Assembly: GCA_035193785.1 (NCBI GenBank)
Contig: CP136572.1
Span: 3,252,578-3,316,577 of the forward strand
DNA length: 64,000 bases
Reading direction: 5' to 3'
DNA from: Planktothrix sp. GU0601_MAG3
GTDB lineage: Bacteria; Cyanobacteriota; Cyanobacteriia; Cyanobacteriales; Microcoleaceae
In this document: positions 46,853 through 59,047 of the stretch, piece by piece
Layout: every line of letters begins with the position of its first letter
Position numbering within the stretch: position 1 is the first letter of the stretch
Program-made: the position numbers and the translations under genes
The notes under the pieces: generated by a model
What the model saw: the letters and a program-made list of their open reading frames with translations, nothing else
What the model was told of the DNA's origin: nothing
Database searches by the model: none

Positions 46853-48037
46853 TTAATCTGATTTGTCATTATTAAAAGGCAAATCCTGATTAACATGATC
46901 AATTTCCTGTTGTTCCATCTCGTTAATTCGTCCGATATAAGACTTTAAAATCTGAGCCAAACGTTGATCATAGAATCGATGCAAACTATAATTGGGTGTG
47001 GCGGGAAAACCCCGACGTTTTTTATGTCGTCCGCCCGCCCCCGGATCAAACAGAGAAATTTGGTTTTCAATTGCCCATTCAATGGGAGAATAATAACAGG
47101 CATCAAAATGTAAACAATCAATATCTTGAACACTTCCCCAATAGCGACCATATAAACGATCGGCTTTGGTTAAACAAAACGACATTCCCATGGGTTGATG
47201 TTGGGTGCTATCATCAAACGCCGCGACAAATAACACCCGATGGCGATAATTATGATGCAATTGTTCAAAAAATCTGCGGGTTAAATATTTACTGCCCCAC
47301 CAACCAAACTTATCACAGGTACTGGCATAAAACTGATACATTTCCGAAAAAAAGGCTTTAGGAATTTGATCACCTGTGTAGGTTTGTAAGTTTAATCCTG
47401 CTTGAGTAACGGCTTTACGTTCCCTTTTGATATTTCGCCTCTGATTAGCATTAAAACCCTTTAAATAATCATCAAAACTTTCATATTCTTGATTTTTCCA
47501 AATATAACTATGGTGCAACCAAGAGGCAAACCCAAACTTTTCTAACATCGGTTTCCACTCGGGATCAACATAAAGAAAATTACAGCCTGAAATTTTATTT
47601 TCAATACAAAATTGATCAATTGAATGTACCATTAATCCCGTAATTTCTTCTTCATCTTCCCCAGGGGCAATCATAAATCTATAGCCTTCGGCTGGAGTAA
47701 AAGGGGACATTCCTAATAGTTTGGGATAATATTGAATCCCTAATTGATGGGCCACATCCGCCCATTGATTATCAAAGACAAATTCCCCGCGACTATGCCC
47801 TTTTACATATAAAGGTGCGATTCCCACTAACTGTTGATCCCGCCATACCGTTAAATGATGGGGTAACCAACCCGTGCGTCCGGTGGCACTTCCCGAGGAT
47901 TCAATATTATGCAACCAATCCCATTCAAAAAATGGTGTGATTAAGGGTTGGGCAAGGGCATCCCAGGCCGTTTGAGGGACTTCGGCAACCGTATTAATCC
48001 AACGGGTAGAATAGGAGGATGTTAGGGGTTTTACCAT
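46853..48037 (-). CDS. GNAT-fold DUF482 (FemAB-like) protein
   Basis: KGHSRGEFVFD, YYPKL, LYGRYWG, LHFDACYY and GAGGRHK motifs. Confidence 0.88.
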   Translation of the reverse strand: MVKPLTSSYSTRWINTVAEVPQTAWDALAQPLITPFFEWDWLHNIESSGSATGRTGWLPHHLTVWRDQQLVGIAPLYVKGHSRGEFVFDNQWADVAHQLGIQYYPKLLGMSPFTPAEGYRFMIAPGEDEEEITGLMVHSIDQFCIENKISGCNFLYVDPEWKPMLEKFGFASWLHHSYIWKNQEYESFDDYLKGFNANQRRNIKRERKAVTQAGLNLQTYTGDQIPKAFFSEMYQFYASTCDKFGWWGSKYLTRRFFEQLHHNYRHRVLFVAAFDDSTQHQPMGMSFCLTKADRLYGRYWGSVQDIDCLHFDACYYSPIEWAIENQISLFDPGAGGRHKKRRGFPATPNYSLHRFYDQRLAQILKSYIGRINEMEQQEIDHVNQDLPFNNDKSD

Positions 48038-48116
48038 ATTGTTTCAAAAATGATCAGCGACGCATTATTCATTATTTAGGGTAATCGAATTTTTACAAAA
48101 ATGGCAAAGGACAGGA

Positions 48117-48819
48117 TTATTGGTCAGTTAATACTTGATAATGTAAAAATACTTCTTGTCCCAGGGTTTTCACCTCCAATAATTGCAAGCGAGGGGCGAC
48201 GGTAGATAAAAAGCCCTCTCCATCGGCGGGGGTAGGAGAATTTTTACCACTTAAAATTAAGGGACAAATAGTTAACCAGAATTGATCAATCAGGTTTTGT
48301 TTTAAGAGGGAAGCCACCAGTTGACCTCCTCCTAATATTCCTAACTTATTTAAGCCTAATTTTTGCAATTGCTCAAAAGCCAAACTCCAGTTAATTTGAT
48401 GATGATTATTGTCAGCAATAATTATATTTTCAAACCCGGCTATATTTTCCCATAATTGTTTACCCTGATTTGTTGTCAGTAACCAATGGGGAAACAGACT
48501 GTTGAAAAAAACGGCAATTGGGGTTAATCTTTCCTGAAGCAGACACCACAATTTGTATGGGTTGAGGGGGTTTTCCGTGTCGTTGTCGGTGTTGTAATAA
48601 TTGAGGAGAATTAATTTTGATAGTGGTTTGATAGGCGTTTAATGTTCCCGCACCGAATAAAACCCCATCCATTTGTGCCACTTGTTGTTCTAAATGTAGT
48701 TTATCTTGTTCTGAACCAAAACGGGCGGGCGATCGCCATTCATCGGAAATTTTACCATCCGCACTCATCGCTAAAATTACCGTCGTTTGAGGTCGGTTAA
48801 CTACAGGTTGGGGAGTCAT
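48117..48819 (-). CDS. RibD C-terminal reductase domain protein; apparent frameshift at 48491-48495
   Basis: AMSADGKI, GAGT and LGGGQL motifs. Confidence 0.85.
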
Positions 48820-49049
48820 ACATTTAATTCACAACAAGCAACATATACCCACTGTATAATTTTTCGTGAATTTTAGAGATGTTGTGATCAAAATCACTGC
48901 AAAATCTGCTTGATCTCACCTCTGATCCTTGATCTGATCCATCAATTTACTCGATCAAATTCACAAAATATCAAGACTTTTAGCACAATATTTTTAAAAT
49001 TATCCGACACAATTAAAGAGGATAACCCAATACCACCTCTATTAAATAT

Positions 49050-49277
49050 ATGCGAACTCAAAGGATCTCTGATATTCCTGGTTATCAAACTTTATCCCCC
49101 CGTTTAAACCCAGGTTTAAGTCAGTGGAGTTACCAAGTCAAACCCCAAATGTTTGAACCTCTGGAAGTTCATTTTTCTAGTTTAAAAACTATGATTTTGA
49201 CCCGAGAAACCTTACCTCTAAATTATTTAAGTCCAGCTAAATTTAAAGCTCGATTGAGTTACTTAAATTTGATTTAA
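49050..49277 (+). CDS. Hypothetical 75-aa protein
   Basis: ATG-started ORF filling the gap between neighbours; no recognised motif. Confidence 0.35.
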   Translation: MRTQRISDIPGYQTLSPRLNPGLSQWSYQVKPQMFEPLEVHFSSLKTMILTRETLPLNYLSPAKFKARLSYLNLI

Positions 49278-49300
49278 GTTGAGGGGGTAAAAATACCAGA

Positions 49301-51239
49301 TTAACTAACTAGGTGATTTTTGGCACTTCTCAATTCTTTTTGAATAGAAATCGCTTTTCCCAGGGAGGAAATTGCTTCGGGGTATTGTTTTAACTTCGAC
49401 AATAAAGAACCCCGATAACGCCAGGTTTCCGCATCATCAGACTGACAGGAAAGGGCCGCATCATAGGATGCTAAAGCTTCTGGATATTGCTCTAATTTTT
49501 CTAAACAGACCCCTTTACAACGCCATGCTTCCGAGGAATCGGGTTTTAAATTAATCGCCTGTTCATAAAGGGCGATCGCCTCCGAATATTTCTGTAGTTT
49601 AACTAAAATTTCTCCACATTCAAAGCAGGTTTCATAACTATCGGGTTTGAGTTTTATGGCTTTTTTGTAGGACTCTAAGGCTTCAGCATTTTGGTTTAGT
49701 TTTCCCATAATATTTCCCTGAATTTTGAATAGTTCAAAATTATTGGGGTTTAAAATCAAGGCTTTTTCTAAGGATTTTAATGCTTCTTGATGACGTTGTA
49801 AAGCGGATAAAGCATTGGCTTGATTTAACCATAATTCTGATTTATTGGGATTGAGTTTAATCGCTTGATTATAGGAGGCGATCGCTTCTTCATAACGTTG
49901 TAACTTCGCTAAAACATTACCTCGATTATGCAGAGTTTCATATTGATCAGGAGCAATTTCTAAGGCTTTATTATAGGAATCTAAGGCTTCATCAAACCGT
50001 TTAAATTTTCTCAATAATGCCCCACGATTATGCCAAGATTCATAATCATTCGGTTTAATTTTAATCGCTTGATCATAGGATTCAATCGCTTCTGCATACC
50101 GTTGTAACCGCACTAAAGTATTGCCTCGATTGTACCAATTTTCATATTTTTGAGGTTGTAAACTCACACATTGATCATAGTCTGATAATGCCTCTTGATA
50201 CCGTTGTAACTTAACTAAAATACCCGCTTTTTTATACCATGCTTGCTCTAAATTAGCATTCACTTCAATTGCTTTTTCTAATAATTTCAAAGCCGCGCTA
50301 AACTGTTTTTCAATGATTAAAGATTCTGCCTTTTTCAAATAATCATCAGCAATCATTGACTCGGAAACTGGCTGGGATTTCGCGGCTGTGGATACCGGAG
50401 AAATCACTAATTTTTCAGGTTCAGAAGATTTTGATAATCCATTCAAAGAAATCAATTGTTTTGTTTCTATCGGTTTTTGTTGTAATTCTTTTAAAGACTC
50501 CTCTTTAATCTCTTGAAACCTCAGAAATCATGGCTTGTAACCGGAATACAAATTGGGATTTAAGGGTTTCTACTTGTTCAATAGAAGCTTGAGACAGTTT
50601 GGCTTCTCTGGTGATAAAATTAATGGATTCCTGGGCGGTTCCTATTTGTATTTCTAATTCTTTAATTAACTGTTGATAACGCTGTTTAGAGGCTTTTAAT
50701 TGTGCTTCTAAATTATCAATTCGGTTCAACTGCTTTTGAGCTTGAGCTACAATCTCTTTGACAATTAAGCGACGAACTAACCAAAAGAATAAAATCGTTA
50801 CACTGGGGATTAATGTGGCGACAATTAATAAAGTATTCAGTAGAGTAATTGTCTGACTAAATTCATAATTTAATGCAGAATATGGGCTAATTTGTGCGAC
50901 GGAAATGGGGGTTGTGATTGTGCTTTGTGCCTCCCCTTGACCAATTTTAACTAATTTTGCCAACCAAGTTTGATCCAGAACATTAGTCATCGATAAGGAT
51001 ACAACTTCTTTTGAGGAATATTCCGCATCGCTAAAAGATGGACTACCGATCATTTCCGGCATACTAACTGCTAAACTGGGAGCTAATGCCATCATCTCTA
51101 CCGCATCAGCAACTTTACCCAACTCGGAAGCATTGGGTAAAGGATTGGAGGATTGTTCAGGAATAGAACTTGCTTCAACACAGGAGTCTTGAGCAACCAG
51201 GGCCGCTAAGGTTAAAAGGGTAACTGTGGATAACCGCAT
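49301..51239 (-). CDS. TPR-repeat protein with signal peptide, TM helix and coiled coil; apparent frameshift at 50515-50519
   Basis: About ten 34-aa W.NRG..L..L.RY.EA repeats. Confidence 0.85.
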
Positions 51240-51401
51240 AAGTGTCAACTCGCGTAGGGGGAGTGTTGTTCTATCTTACGAATTGACACCGCTTGATCAG
51301 GATTTTGTCGTCAAACTACCAGAAACGATCAGAAACCCGGTTTCTAAACTAGATCTATTGATTTCAATAATAGACTAATGCAGAAACCCGGTTTCTAACT
51401 T

Positions 51402-52275
51402 TTAAACCTGAGCTAAAACAGGCTGTTGGCTTTGAGAAAGGGTAGATTTAGATTCCGTATTTGTACAATACACTTCACAGGAATTATTCGGGCTTTCAAT
51501 CAGTTTAATTTTATGCAATTGTGCCCCTAAATCTTGAATCGGTTTTTGCAATAAATCTCGGATATGAACCGCAATATTTTCCGCCGTTGGTACAACTTTA
51601 GAAAAGTAGGGAATATCTTTATTTAAAAACGTATGATCAAAGGGTTCAACAACATAATCATCAATCACTTTTTGTAACCCTTCTAAGTCTACAATCATCC
51701 CCGTCCGAGGATCAACTTCCCCTTTCACCGTCACTTCTAAATGGTAATTATGACCATGACCATTGGGACGGGCGCATTTGCCATAAATTTCGCAATTGTC
51801 CTCAAAACTGAGATCGGGGTGAGCCAGCCGATGGGCGGCGCTAAAATGTGTACTAAGGGTTAAATAAGCTTCCATGCCGTTTCCTTGATAGTCTGCCCAG
51901 AGTTCGGGGTGTTCAAATAATTGGATATTGGTGAGGGGAAGATGGGGGGCCAACCGATGCCAAATTGCCCGGGCCAGAGCTTCCGTTGTCGGTAGGGTTT
52001 CCTGAAATTCCGGCCAAACATCATTCAGGTAGGAAAAGTCTAAATGGTTGGTGACTTCCTGTTTCAAGGTGTGTTTGACGTCGGACAGGTTTAAAACCAT
52101 GCCATGTTCATCAAGTTCTCCGACCATTGACACATATAGAACATAGTTATGTCCATGTCCAGGGGCGCGAGATGTGGGGCCAAATCGCTTTAGGTTTCTC
52201 GGTGGCGCTCAATTCGGGCAACCAATACCGATGACTGGCGGAAAATTGCGCCCGACGGGTGATCACGCATTCCAT
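51402..52275 (-). CDS. queD: Double-domain 6-pyruvoyl-tetrahydropterin/6-carboxytetrahydropterin synthase; apparent frameshift at 52194-52198
   Basis: Two FSA.H...GHGHNY modules, with PTTE and PTAEN. Confidence 0.85.
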
Positions 52276-52481
52276 AAAATCTGGGCCAAAGGTATACTGT
52301 TAAGTTATATGAATTTATTTTAATCTTTTTTGATGATAATTTCAACTTTGATTTAATAAAAACCCGGTTTCATAAAAAAAATGTTCTTCAGTCGATCAAT
52401 AACGGTCAGAAATTTGGTTTCTTGAACTAAAAGGAACTAAGCTTAGGATATAATTAATATAGCCCCACCTAAACATCGATT

Positions 52482-52733
52482 ATGCTACGAGAAAAACTTA
52501 AACAGGAATTAGATAAACTCAATGAAGATCAACTAAAGAAAGTTGCAAATTTCATTAGTTTAATGGAATCTCAATCTAGTAAAGTGACATCATCTTTGGT
52601 TCCTTTGTGGCAAAAAGCAACACCAACACAACGAGCTAGAGAGTTCCGTGATTGGATTTCTCAACTCCCTAAAACAAGTGTGAGCTTACCCGACGAAGCC
52701 TTTAGCCGTGAGTGCATTTACGAAGATGATTAG
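52482..52733 (+). CDS. Putative antitoxin
   Basis: Small ORF overlapping a PIN gene; LPDEAFSRECIYED C-terminus. Confidence 0.75.
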   Translation: MLREKLKQELDKLNEDQLKKVANFISLMESQSSKVTSSLVPLWQKATPTQRAREFRDWISQLPKTSVSLPDEAFSRECIYEDD

Positions 52734-53175
52734 ATATCTGCTGGATACTAATGTTATCTTACGTTTTTGCAACCCTTCAGATGTGCAACATCATCTTGCC
52801 ACAGAAGCAATATTTTATTTACTAAACCAAGGAAATGAATGCTTTTTGACTGGGCAAGTATTAATTGAACTTTGGGTTGTTGCTACAAGACCAGTTGCAG
52901 TAAATGGCTTAGGATGGACTACAGAGAAAACAAGAAACATTATAGATGAGCTTCTCAATCGTTTTCCCTTACTAGAAGAATCCCCACAAATTTTTTTAAA
53001 TTGGTTAGATTTGGTCACAACTAATCAGGTCATGGGAAAACGCACTCACGATGCTCGCCTTATTGCCGTCATGCTTGCCAATAATATTACACATATTCTA
53101 ACCTTCAATCCTAGTGATTTTGGACTCAAATCAAGGATTACTGTTATCTGTCCTCGGCAATTAGTGACCCCCTAA
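52726..53175 (+). CDS. vapC: VapC/PIN domain toxin
   Basis: YLLDTNV, ELWVVATRP, HDARL and LTFN motifs. Confidence 0.87.
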   Translation: MIRYLLDTNVILRFCNPSDVQHHLATEAIFYLLNQGNECFLTGQVLIELWVVATRPVAVNGLGWTTEKTRNIIDELLNRFPLLEESPQIFLNWLDLVTTNQVMGKRTHDARLIAVMLANNITHILTFNPSDFGLKSRITVICPRQLVTP

Positions 53176-53233
53176 AAATTCGGAAATATAACTTGATTTT
53201 TTGGATTTCCTAACTAATTAGTATTTCTATATT

Positions 53234-53827
53234 TTAAGCGATGTTCCAAATTGCTTGTAAATCTAATACAAACCCCGGAAGCACATCTTCCCCCGATAAA
53301 TTAACCGGAGATTCTATAATTTCTACTTCTTTCCCGAAACGATAAATTTCTACCCGATGATTTTGAGGATCAATTAACCAACCGAGTTGAGTCCCATTTT
53401 CCAGATACTCTTGCATTTTGTTTCTTAGGATTTTGAGAGTATCGGTTTCTGAACGTAATTCAATTACAAAATCTGGACATAAAGGCAGAAATTTCTTTTT
53501 TTGTTCAGGAGTTAACCCATTCCATCGTTCCAGTTTAACCCAAGATAAATCCGGTGCCCGATCTGCACCATTCGGTAGTTTAAAACCCGTTGAAGAATCA
53601 AATGCTAATCCCAGTTTAGTTTGTTTATTCCAAATTGCTAATTCTCCAGCTAGGTTAAAGTTTCGGTTTCCGGTTTCACCCCCTGTTGGTGACATGATAA
53701 TTAATTCTCCTGTTGCTGATCGCTCAAATTTATAGTATCGGTTATTTTGACAGAGTTGAAAATACTGTTCATCAGTTAAGTCGATTTGCAATTCTAGGGG
53801 ATTTGGCAAAGAAATTATTGTATCCAT
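53234..53827 (-). CDS. Uma2 family endonuclease-like protein
   Basis: GELIIMSPTG, FDSSTGF, APD and CPDFVIELRS motifs. Confidence 0.9.
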   Translation of the reverse strand: MDTIISLPNPLELQIDLTDEQYFQLCQNNRYYKFERSATGELIIMSPTGGETGNRNFNLAGELAIWNKQTKLGLAFDSSTGFKLPNGADRAPDLSWVKLERWNGLTPEQKKKFLPLCPDFVIELRSETDTLKILRNKMQEYLENGTQLGWLIDPQNHRVEIYRFGKEVEIIESPVNLSGEDVLPGFVLDLQAIWNIA

Positions 53828-53880
53828 AACGGTTGCAATAGTCTCAAAATATAGGTTCAATTATAACACTTTTTTAGATA

Positions 53881-54561
53881 TTACGAAATCTTTTTCATTT
53901 CCTCCTGGGCTTCTCGACGGGAACCGGATGCCATTCTAAACATTTCTTGTCCCGTATGTAGGGAAGAATAATCATAATTTAGGGTAAAGGTTTCTAATTC
54001 ATTAAGTCCATCTTCTAAATGATTTAGGGTATAATAAATATGGGCAGCAACTCCGGCAACGGGGGAGGGATTTTTTCGAGAACGAAAGAGGTTTTGAGCT
54101 TGATTTAGAAAGTTTTTACATAGTTCAATATAGGATTGAAATTCCTCCATTAATTGATCATCAAAGGGATCGGCTGATAATTTATTGACTTCGGATTTTA
54201 GGGGTTTTAAAATTTGATTAATAGAACGATTAATGGGTTTATAAACTTTATCAATCCAGATTGTTAATTCCGCATCGGCTTCCGTTGCTTGTTTTTTTGC
54301 CTTGGAAACAAAGGGTTTTACGGAGTCAAAATCGGGATTTTTACCTAAACCCAGTTCCCGATCATGGGATTGACGTTTTTGCGGATCACTTAATATTTCG
54401 TAAGCCGCATTAATCTGAATAATTTGGCTAGGATCTACCGATTGATTTTGGCTATCAGGATGGAAGATTTTGGCTAATCTACGATAGGCTTGTTTGATTT
54501 CTGCGGCCGTCGCTGCGGGGCTAATTTGTAAGGTACTGTAGTGATTTTTGAGCAGAGTCAT
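53881..54561 (-). CDS. DnaJ (J-domain) protein
   Basis: HY..L, IKQAYRRLAK..HPD and INAAYEILSD motifs. Confidence 0.88.
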   Translation of the reverse strand: MTLLKNHYSTLQISPAATAAEIKQAYRRLAKIFHPDSQNQSVDPSQIIQINAAYEILSDPQKRQSHDRELGLGKNPDFDSVKPFVSKAKKQATEADAELTIWIDKVYKPINRSINQILKPLKSEVNKLSADPFDDQLMEEFQSYIELCKNFLNQAQNLFRSRKNPSPVAGVAAHIYYTLNHLEDGLNELETFTLNYDYSSLHTGQEMFRMASGSRREAQEEMKKIS

Positions 54562-54892
54562 ATCGATTGATCTCAGATTAATTAGGGATTCCTATAAAAT
54601 GGTTTTCAGACCCCATTAATTTTAGCGCGATTACTGGGATAATGGCTACTATTTTTTCTTTTAGGCTATGTAGCAATCTTTGTAGGATTTATGATCAAAC
54701 CCCTAGGATAAAATATTAAAACCTCTGTTTCGATGGCGAGGATTGCTATAATATAGCGATTCCCGCCGATTTGTGATAGGGGAAATTCATGAATTGCCCC
54801 AACCACAAGGATTAGATTTAAAAAAATATTACAACTCAAATAGGATTGCTATAGCTTATTATTAATAGTATGAATTATGGTGCAGGGTAAAT

Positions 54893-55723
54893 ATGAAATT
54901 ATCTAAATTATCAGGATTAAATATTTTACGCTTTTTTGGTATCGAGTTTGCTGTTTTTCTGACTCTAACCGGATGTCAAACTTTTTTTAAGCCGCCAACG
55001 GCATCAGATATTCATTTAAAACTGGGAAACCCTAGTCAAGCAACGGCTGATCCCCAAAATTCTACTAATTTTTTAATGGAAAAACCTGAATTTGTCCTCT
55101 CTTATAATAGCCAAACTGGAACAGCAAATTGGGTAAGTTGGCAACTGAATCCATCTTGGTTGGGAATAGTAAAACGTCAAAATGATTTTAGACCCGATCC
55201 GAATTTACCCGCAGGTTGGTATCAAGTTCAACCGAATGATTATCGAGGTACGGGTTATGATCGCGGTCATTTAGTTCCCTCGGGCGATCGCACCAATAAC
55301 CTTAACCAGAATAGCACAACTTTTCTAATGACCAATATTATTCCCCAGGCCCCGGAATTAAATCGCGGGATTTGGAATGATTTAGAAAAAGACTGTCGAG
55401 AATTGCTGAAAAAAGGCAAGGAATTGTATATTATTAGTGGCGGTGAAGGTAAACTAAAAACCATTGCCAAAGGTAAAGTAACTGTTCCAGCTTGGAATTG
55501 GAAAATTATTGTTATTTTAGATAAACCCAATCAAAGGATTACGGAAAATACCCGCATTATTGCTGTGAGAATCCCTAACTATAATTCCTTGAAAAATCCC
55601 TTAAAAAATCATTGGCGAGATTATCGAGTTTCCGTAGATGAAATCGAAAAAAATACAAAATTAGATTTTTTAACCAATATTCCTAAGAATATTCAAGATC
55701 AACTAGAGCGTCAAGATAATTAA
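54893..55723 (+). CDS. nucA: Sugar-nonspecific DNA/RNA endonuclease, lipoprotein-like
   Basis: DRGH, TFLMTNIIPQ and NRGIW..LE motifs; LTGC lipobox. Confidence 0.88.
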   Translation: MKLSKLSGLNILRFFGIEFAVFLTLTGCQTFFKPPTASDIHLKLGNPSQATADPQNSTNFLMEKPEFVLSYNSQTGTANWVSWQLNPSWLGIVKRQNDFRPDPNLPAGWYQVQPNDYRGTGYDRGHLVPSGDRTNNLNQNSTTFLMTNIIPQAPELNRGIWNDLEKDCRELLKKGKELYIISGGEGKLKTIAKGKVTVPAWNWKIIVILDKPNQRITENTRIIAVRIPNYNSLKNPLKNHWRDYRVSVDEIEKNTKLDFLTNIPKNIQDQLERQDN

Positions 55724-55889
55724 TAATATATAGGATACGCGCCATGGCTCGTATCTACTTTTAAGCCAGATCATCCTGAATCCTAGGATAATATAGGGAA
55801 ATTGAGGAACAGCCAGGGTAAAAACAACTTCTAAATCAGTAGTTAATATCCTGATAGTTATACTTCCCCACCCTTAGAGGACGTCTACA

Positions 55890-56625
55890 ATGTCTTTAAC
55901 TCAATCTTCTTCTTCAATCAATCCCTGGAGTCTGATTACCGCGTTATCCTTAAGTTTAGGACTGGTCAGTATTCCCTTAATTGCTCCAGTTTTCGCCCAG
56001 GAACAACGGGTCAGAAACCCTGACGGTCAGTGGTCAAGGGGTTGTAACTATTCCAACTACCCAAACCCAAGTACAGTTAGGAGTGGAGGTTTTGGGAAAA
56101 ACCGCCGAGGAAGTTCAAACAGAAGCCGCGAAACTGACTTCTGCGGTGGTAGAATTACTGCGATCGCGTAATGTTGAAAAACTCGAAACCACCGGAATTC
56201 GCCTCAACCCCACCTACAGTTATGCCAACGATCAACAACGATTAACCGGGTATTCCGCCACCAATACCGTCAGTTTCAGATTAAACACCGAAAAAGTCGG
56301 AAATCTGCTCGATGATGCCGTGAAAGCCGGAGCAACCCGCATTGATGGGATTAGTTTCGTTGCCTCCGATCCCGAAATTAACGCCGCCCAACAACAGGCT
56401 TTAAAACTTGCCACCAAAGAAGCAGAAAGTCAAGCCAACGCCGTATTAAGTGCCCTAAATTTGACCAGTAGGGAAATTATCGGGATTCAAGTTAATAATG
56501 CCAGCGCCCCTGTCCCCATGCCTGTGATGTACAGAACAAATGCTGTAGCCGCAGCCCCAGCCACCCCCGTTGTCGGCGGAGAACAGCAGGTTAGAGCCTC
56601 CGTCACCTTGCAAATTAGTTATTAG
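55890..56625 (+). CDS. SIMPL/DUF541 periplasmic protein; apparent frameshift at 56014-56018
   Basis: Signal peptide; RTLTVSGQG, GY.A.N and V.ASVT motifs. Confidence 0.87.
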
Positions 56626-56666
56626 GCAGTAGGACACTAAAGAAGTTAAACAGGTTCAATTCCCCC

Positions 56667-56721
56667 CCATTACCCATTACCCATTACCCATTACCCATTA
56701 CCCATTCGTAATTCGTAATTC
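56667..56721. repeat. Heptamer tandem repeat (ccattac x5, then cgtaatt), STRR-like
   Basis: Directly visible. Confidence 0.85.
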
Positions 56722-56815
56722 CCTAAAGTCATGTAATCACAACACCAGGACGAGATCCATCCGTCAGTCTGGAATAATATTGAGGTGATTCCAGATTCAA
56801 GGTAGATAAAATACA

Positions 56816-57968
56816 ATGTCCCTGACCTCTGCACAACCCGCTTTACTTGTCCTTGCTGATGGAACCGCCTACACAGGCTGGTCATTCGGCGCTCCAGGCA
56901 CCGTGATTGGAGAAGTTGTCTTTAATACGGGTATGACCGGATATCAAGAAGTATTGACCGATCCTAGCTATTGTGGACAAATTGTCACCTTTACCTATCC
57001 CGAGTTAGGCAATACTGGTGTTAACTCCGAAGATGAAGAATCCGCCCATCCCCATGTGCGGGGAGCGATCGCGCGTAACATTTCTACCCGTCCCAGTAAT
57101 TGGCGTTCCACCCAGTCCCTACCTGACTACTTAAAACAGCACAATATCCCCGGTATTTATGGCATTGATACCCGCGCCCTAACGCGCAAAATTCGTACCG
57201 TTGGGGCGATGAATGGGGCGATTTCCACGGAAATTTTAGATCCTGGTGAACTCAGAAACCTTAGTGGAACAAGCCCCTAGTATGGCTGGGTTGAACCTGG
57301 TTAAAGAAGTCACCACCAAAAAAACCTATGAATGGCTCGAACCCACGGAAAGTGCCTGGGAATTTAGCGATTCTGCCACCGGAGATTCCGAACCCCTTTA
57401 TACTGTCGTTGCCTTGGATTTTGGGGTGAAACGCAATATTCTGCGACGGTTAGCCAGTTATGGCTGTCGGGTGATTGTGGTTCCGGCTAATACCTCCCCG
57501 GAGGAGATTCTTAAATATAATCCCGATGGCATTTTCCTATCTAATGGCCCTGGTGATCCCTCGGCCGTTACCGAAGGCATTGCCACCGCCAAAGAGTTAG
57601 TCAAGGCGGAAAAACCCGTATTTGGGATTTGTATGGGCCATCAAATTTTGGGTCTATCCCTAGGGGCCGAAACCTTTAAGCTCAAATTTGGTCATCGCGG
57701 CTTAAATCAACCCGCAGGTCTGGCACAGCAACAAGTGGAAATTACCAGTCAAAATCATGGGTTTGCGATTGATCCCGATACCCTAGCTTCGGATGTCGAG
57801 ATTACTCACCTGAACCTGAATGATCGCACCGTTGCCGGCTTGAAACACAAAACCTTGCCTCTGTTTTCGGTTCAATATCACCCCGAAGCCAGTCCTGGCC
57901 CCCATGACGCCGACTATCTGTTTGAGCGCTTTGTTGAAGCTATGCGGCAACAGCAAGAACAAAATTAA
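56816..57968 (+). CDS. carA: Carbamoyl-phosphate synthase small subunit; apparent frameshift at 57255-57259
   Basis: [28 protein letters not shown] and [10 protein letters not shown] motifs. Confidence 0.96.
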
Positions 57969-58061
57969 AATCCTTTCTCCCTCCTAACTCAGTAGACAAT
58001 TCCTTGAAAAGCCCTTATACTAGATCGGCGATGTCAAGCTTTATGTAGTTAGGAGGGTATC

Positions 58062-58433
58062 ATTTCTGAGAAACTGAATTTAACCGTGAGCCTGCGCGGT
58101 ACAAGGGATGTCCAAGAAAACTATCAGATCTTTCGGCTAACTGGATTAATGGATGCTTTCTCAGAAGGCACTTTTACGAAGGTGGTCAGTAATTATATAG
58201 AAAAAGGCCCCAAGCACATTATATTGGATCTCTCTCAGATAGATTTTGTAGACAGTTCGGGATTAGGGGCGCTCGTGCAGCTTGTGAAAAAAGCTCAACA
58301 GAGCGACGGCGGAACTTTACAGATTGTTTCCAATCCCCGTGTAACTCAAACTGTTAAGTTGGTTCGCTTGGAAAAGTTTCTCTCTTTACAGCCATCTGTA
58401 GAAGATGCGATCGAAAACACCAAAAAAGCTTAG
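58062..58433 (+). CDS. STAS domain anti-sigma-factor antagonist (start at ATT 58062 or GTG 58086)
   Basis: LDLSQIDFVDSSGLGAL motif. Confidence 0.85.
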   Translation: MSEKLNLTVSLRGTRDVQENYQIFRLTGLMDAFSEGTFTKVVSNYIEKGPKHIILDLSQIDFVDSSGLGALVQLVKKAQQSDGGTLQIVSNPRVTQTVKLVRLEKFLSLQPSVEDAIENTKKA

Positions 58434-58572
58434 GTGTGAACGTCAATTGGGTAGTGCCATCCTTGATCAGGTGAGGGTACTTAGTCAATGGGATCAGGGT
58501 GGAACAATCTTTACGACGACCTTTTAATGACTAACGAGTTAATCTGTTGGTTAGTCTCTACCCCTGGATCAA

Positions 58573-58968
58573 ATGCTCGATCAAAGCCTATCACCAGAAC
58601 AAGTTCAACGGATTTCTCCTGCGTCTTGGGCCTATTTAGGAGATGCCGTTTATGAACTCTACATTCGTAGTTTTTATCTGATGCCCCCAAAGCGATCGCA
58701 TTTGTATCATCAGTTAGTCGTGTCTCAAGTTCGCGCCGAAAGCCAAGCTCGTCACTTGCGATCGCTAGAACCTCACCTTACCGAAACGGAATTAGAAGTT
58801 TTAAAACGGGGTCGAAATGCCGCTTTTGGATATCCCAAAAGACTCGATCCCCAAACTTACCAACAAGCCACCAGTTTAGAAGCATTATTCGGATATTTGT
58901 ATTTAACGAATCCGCAACGTTTAGAGGAATTGTTTAATTATCTTGAGCTTGATTCTAAGGATTGTTGA
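58573..58968 (+). CDS. mrnC: Mini-ribonuclease III
   Basis: AYLGDAVYEL, RGRNA and YQQATSLEALFGYLY motifs; upstream of rlmB. Confidence 0.9.
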   Translation: MLDQSLSPEQVQRISPASWAYLGDAVYELYIRSFYLMPPKRSHLYHQLVVSQVRAESQARHLRSLEPHLTETELEVLKRGRNAAFGYPKRLDPQTYQQATSLEALFGYLYLTNPQRLEELFNYLELDSKDC

Positions 58969-59047
58969 TTTTTGACTGTTGGCTCCTCAATGACGCGGGG
59001 AAAACCTGTCAACTTTAGTCTAAAACTCCTAATTGTAGCCTAGATCA

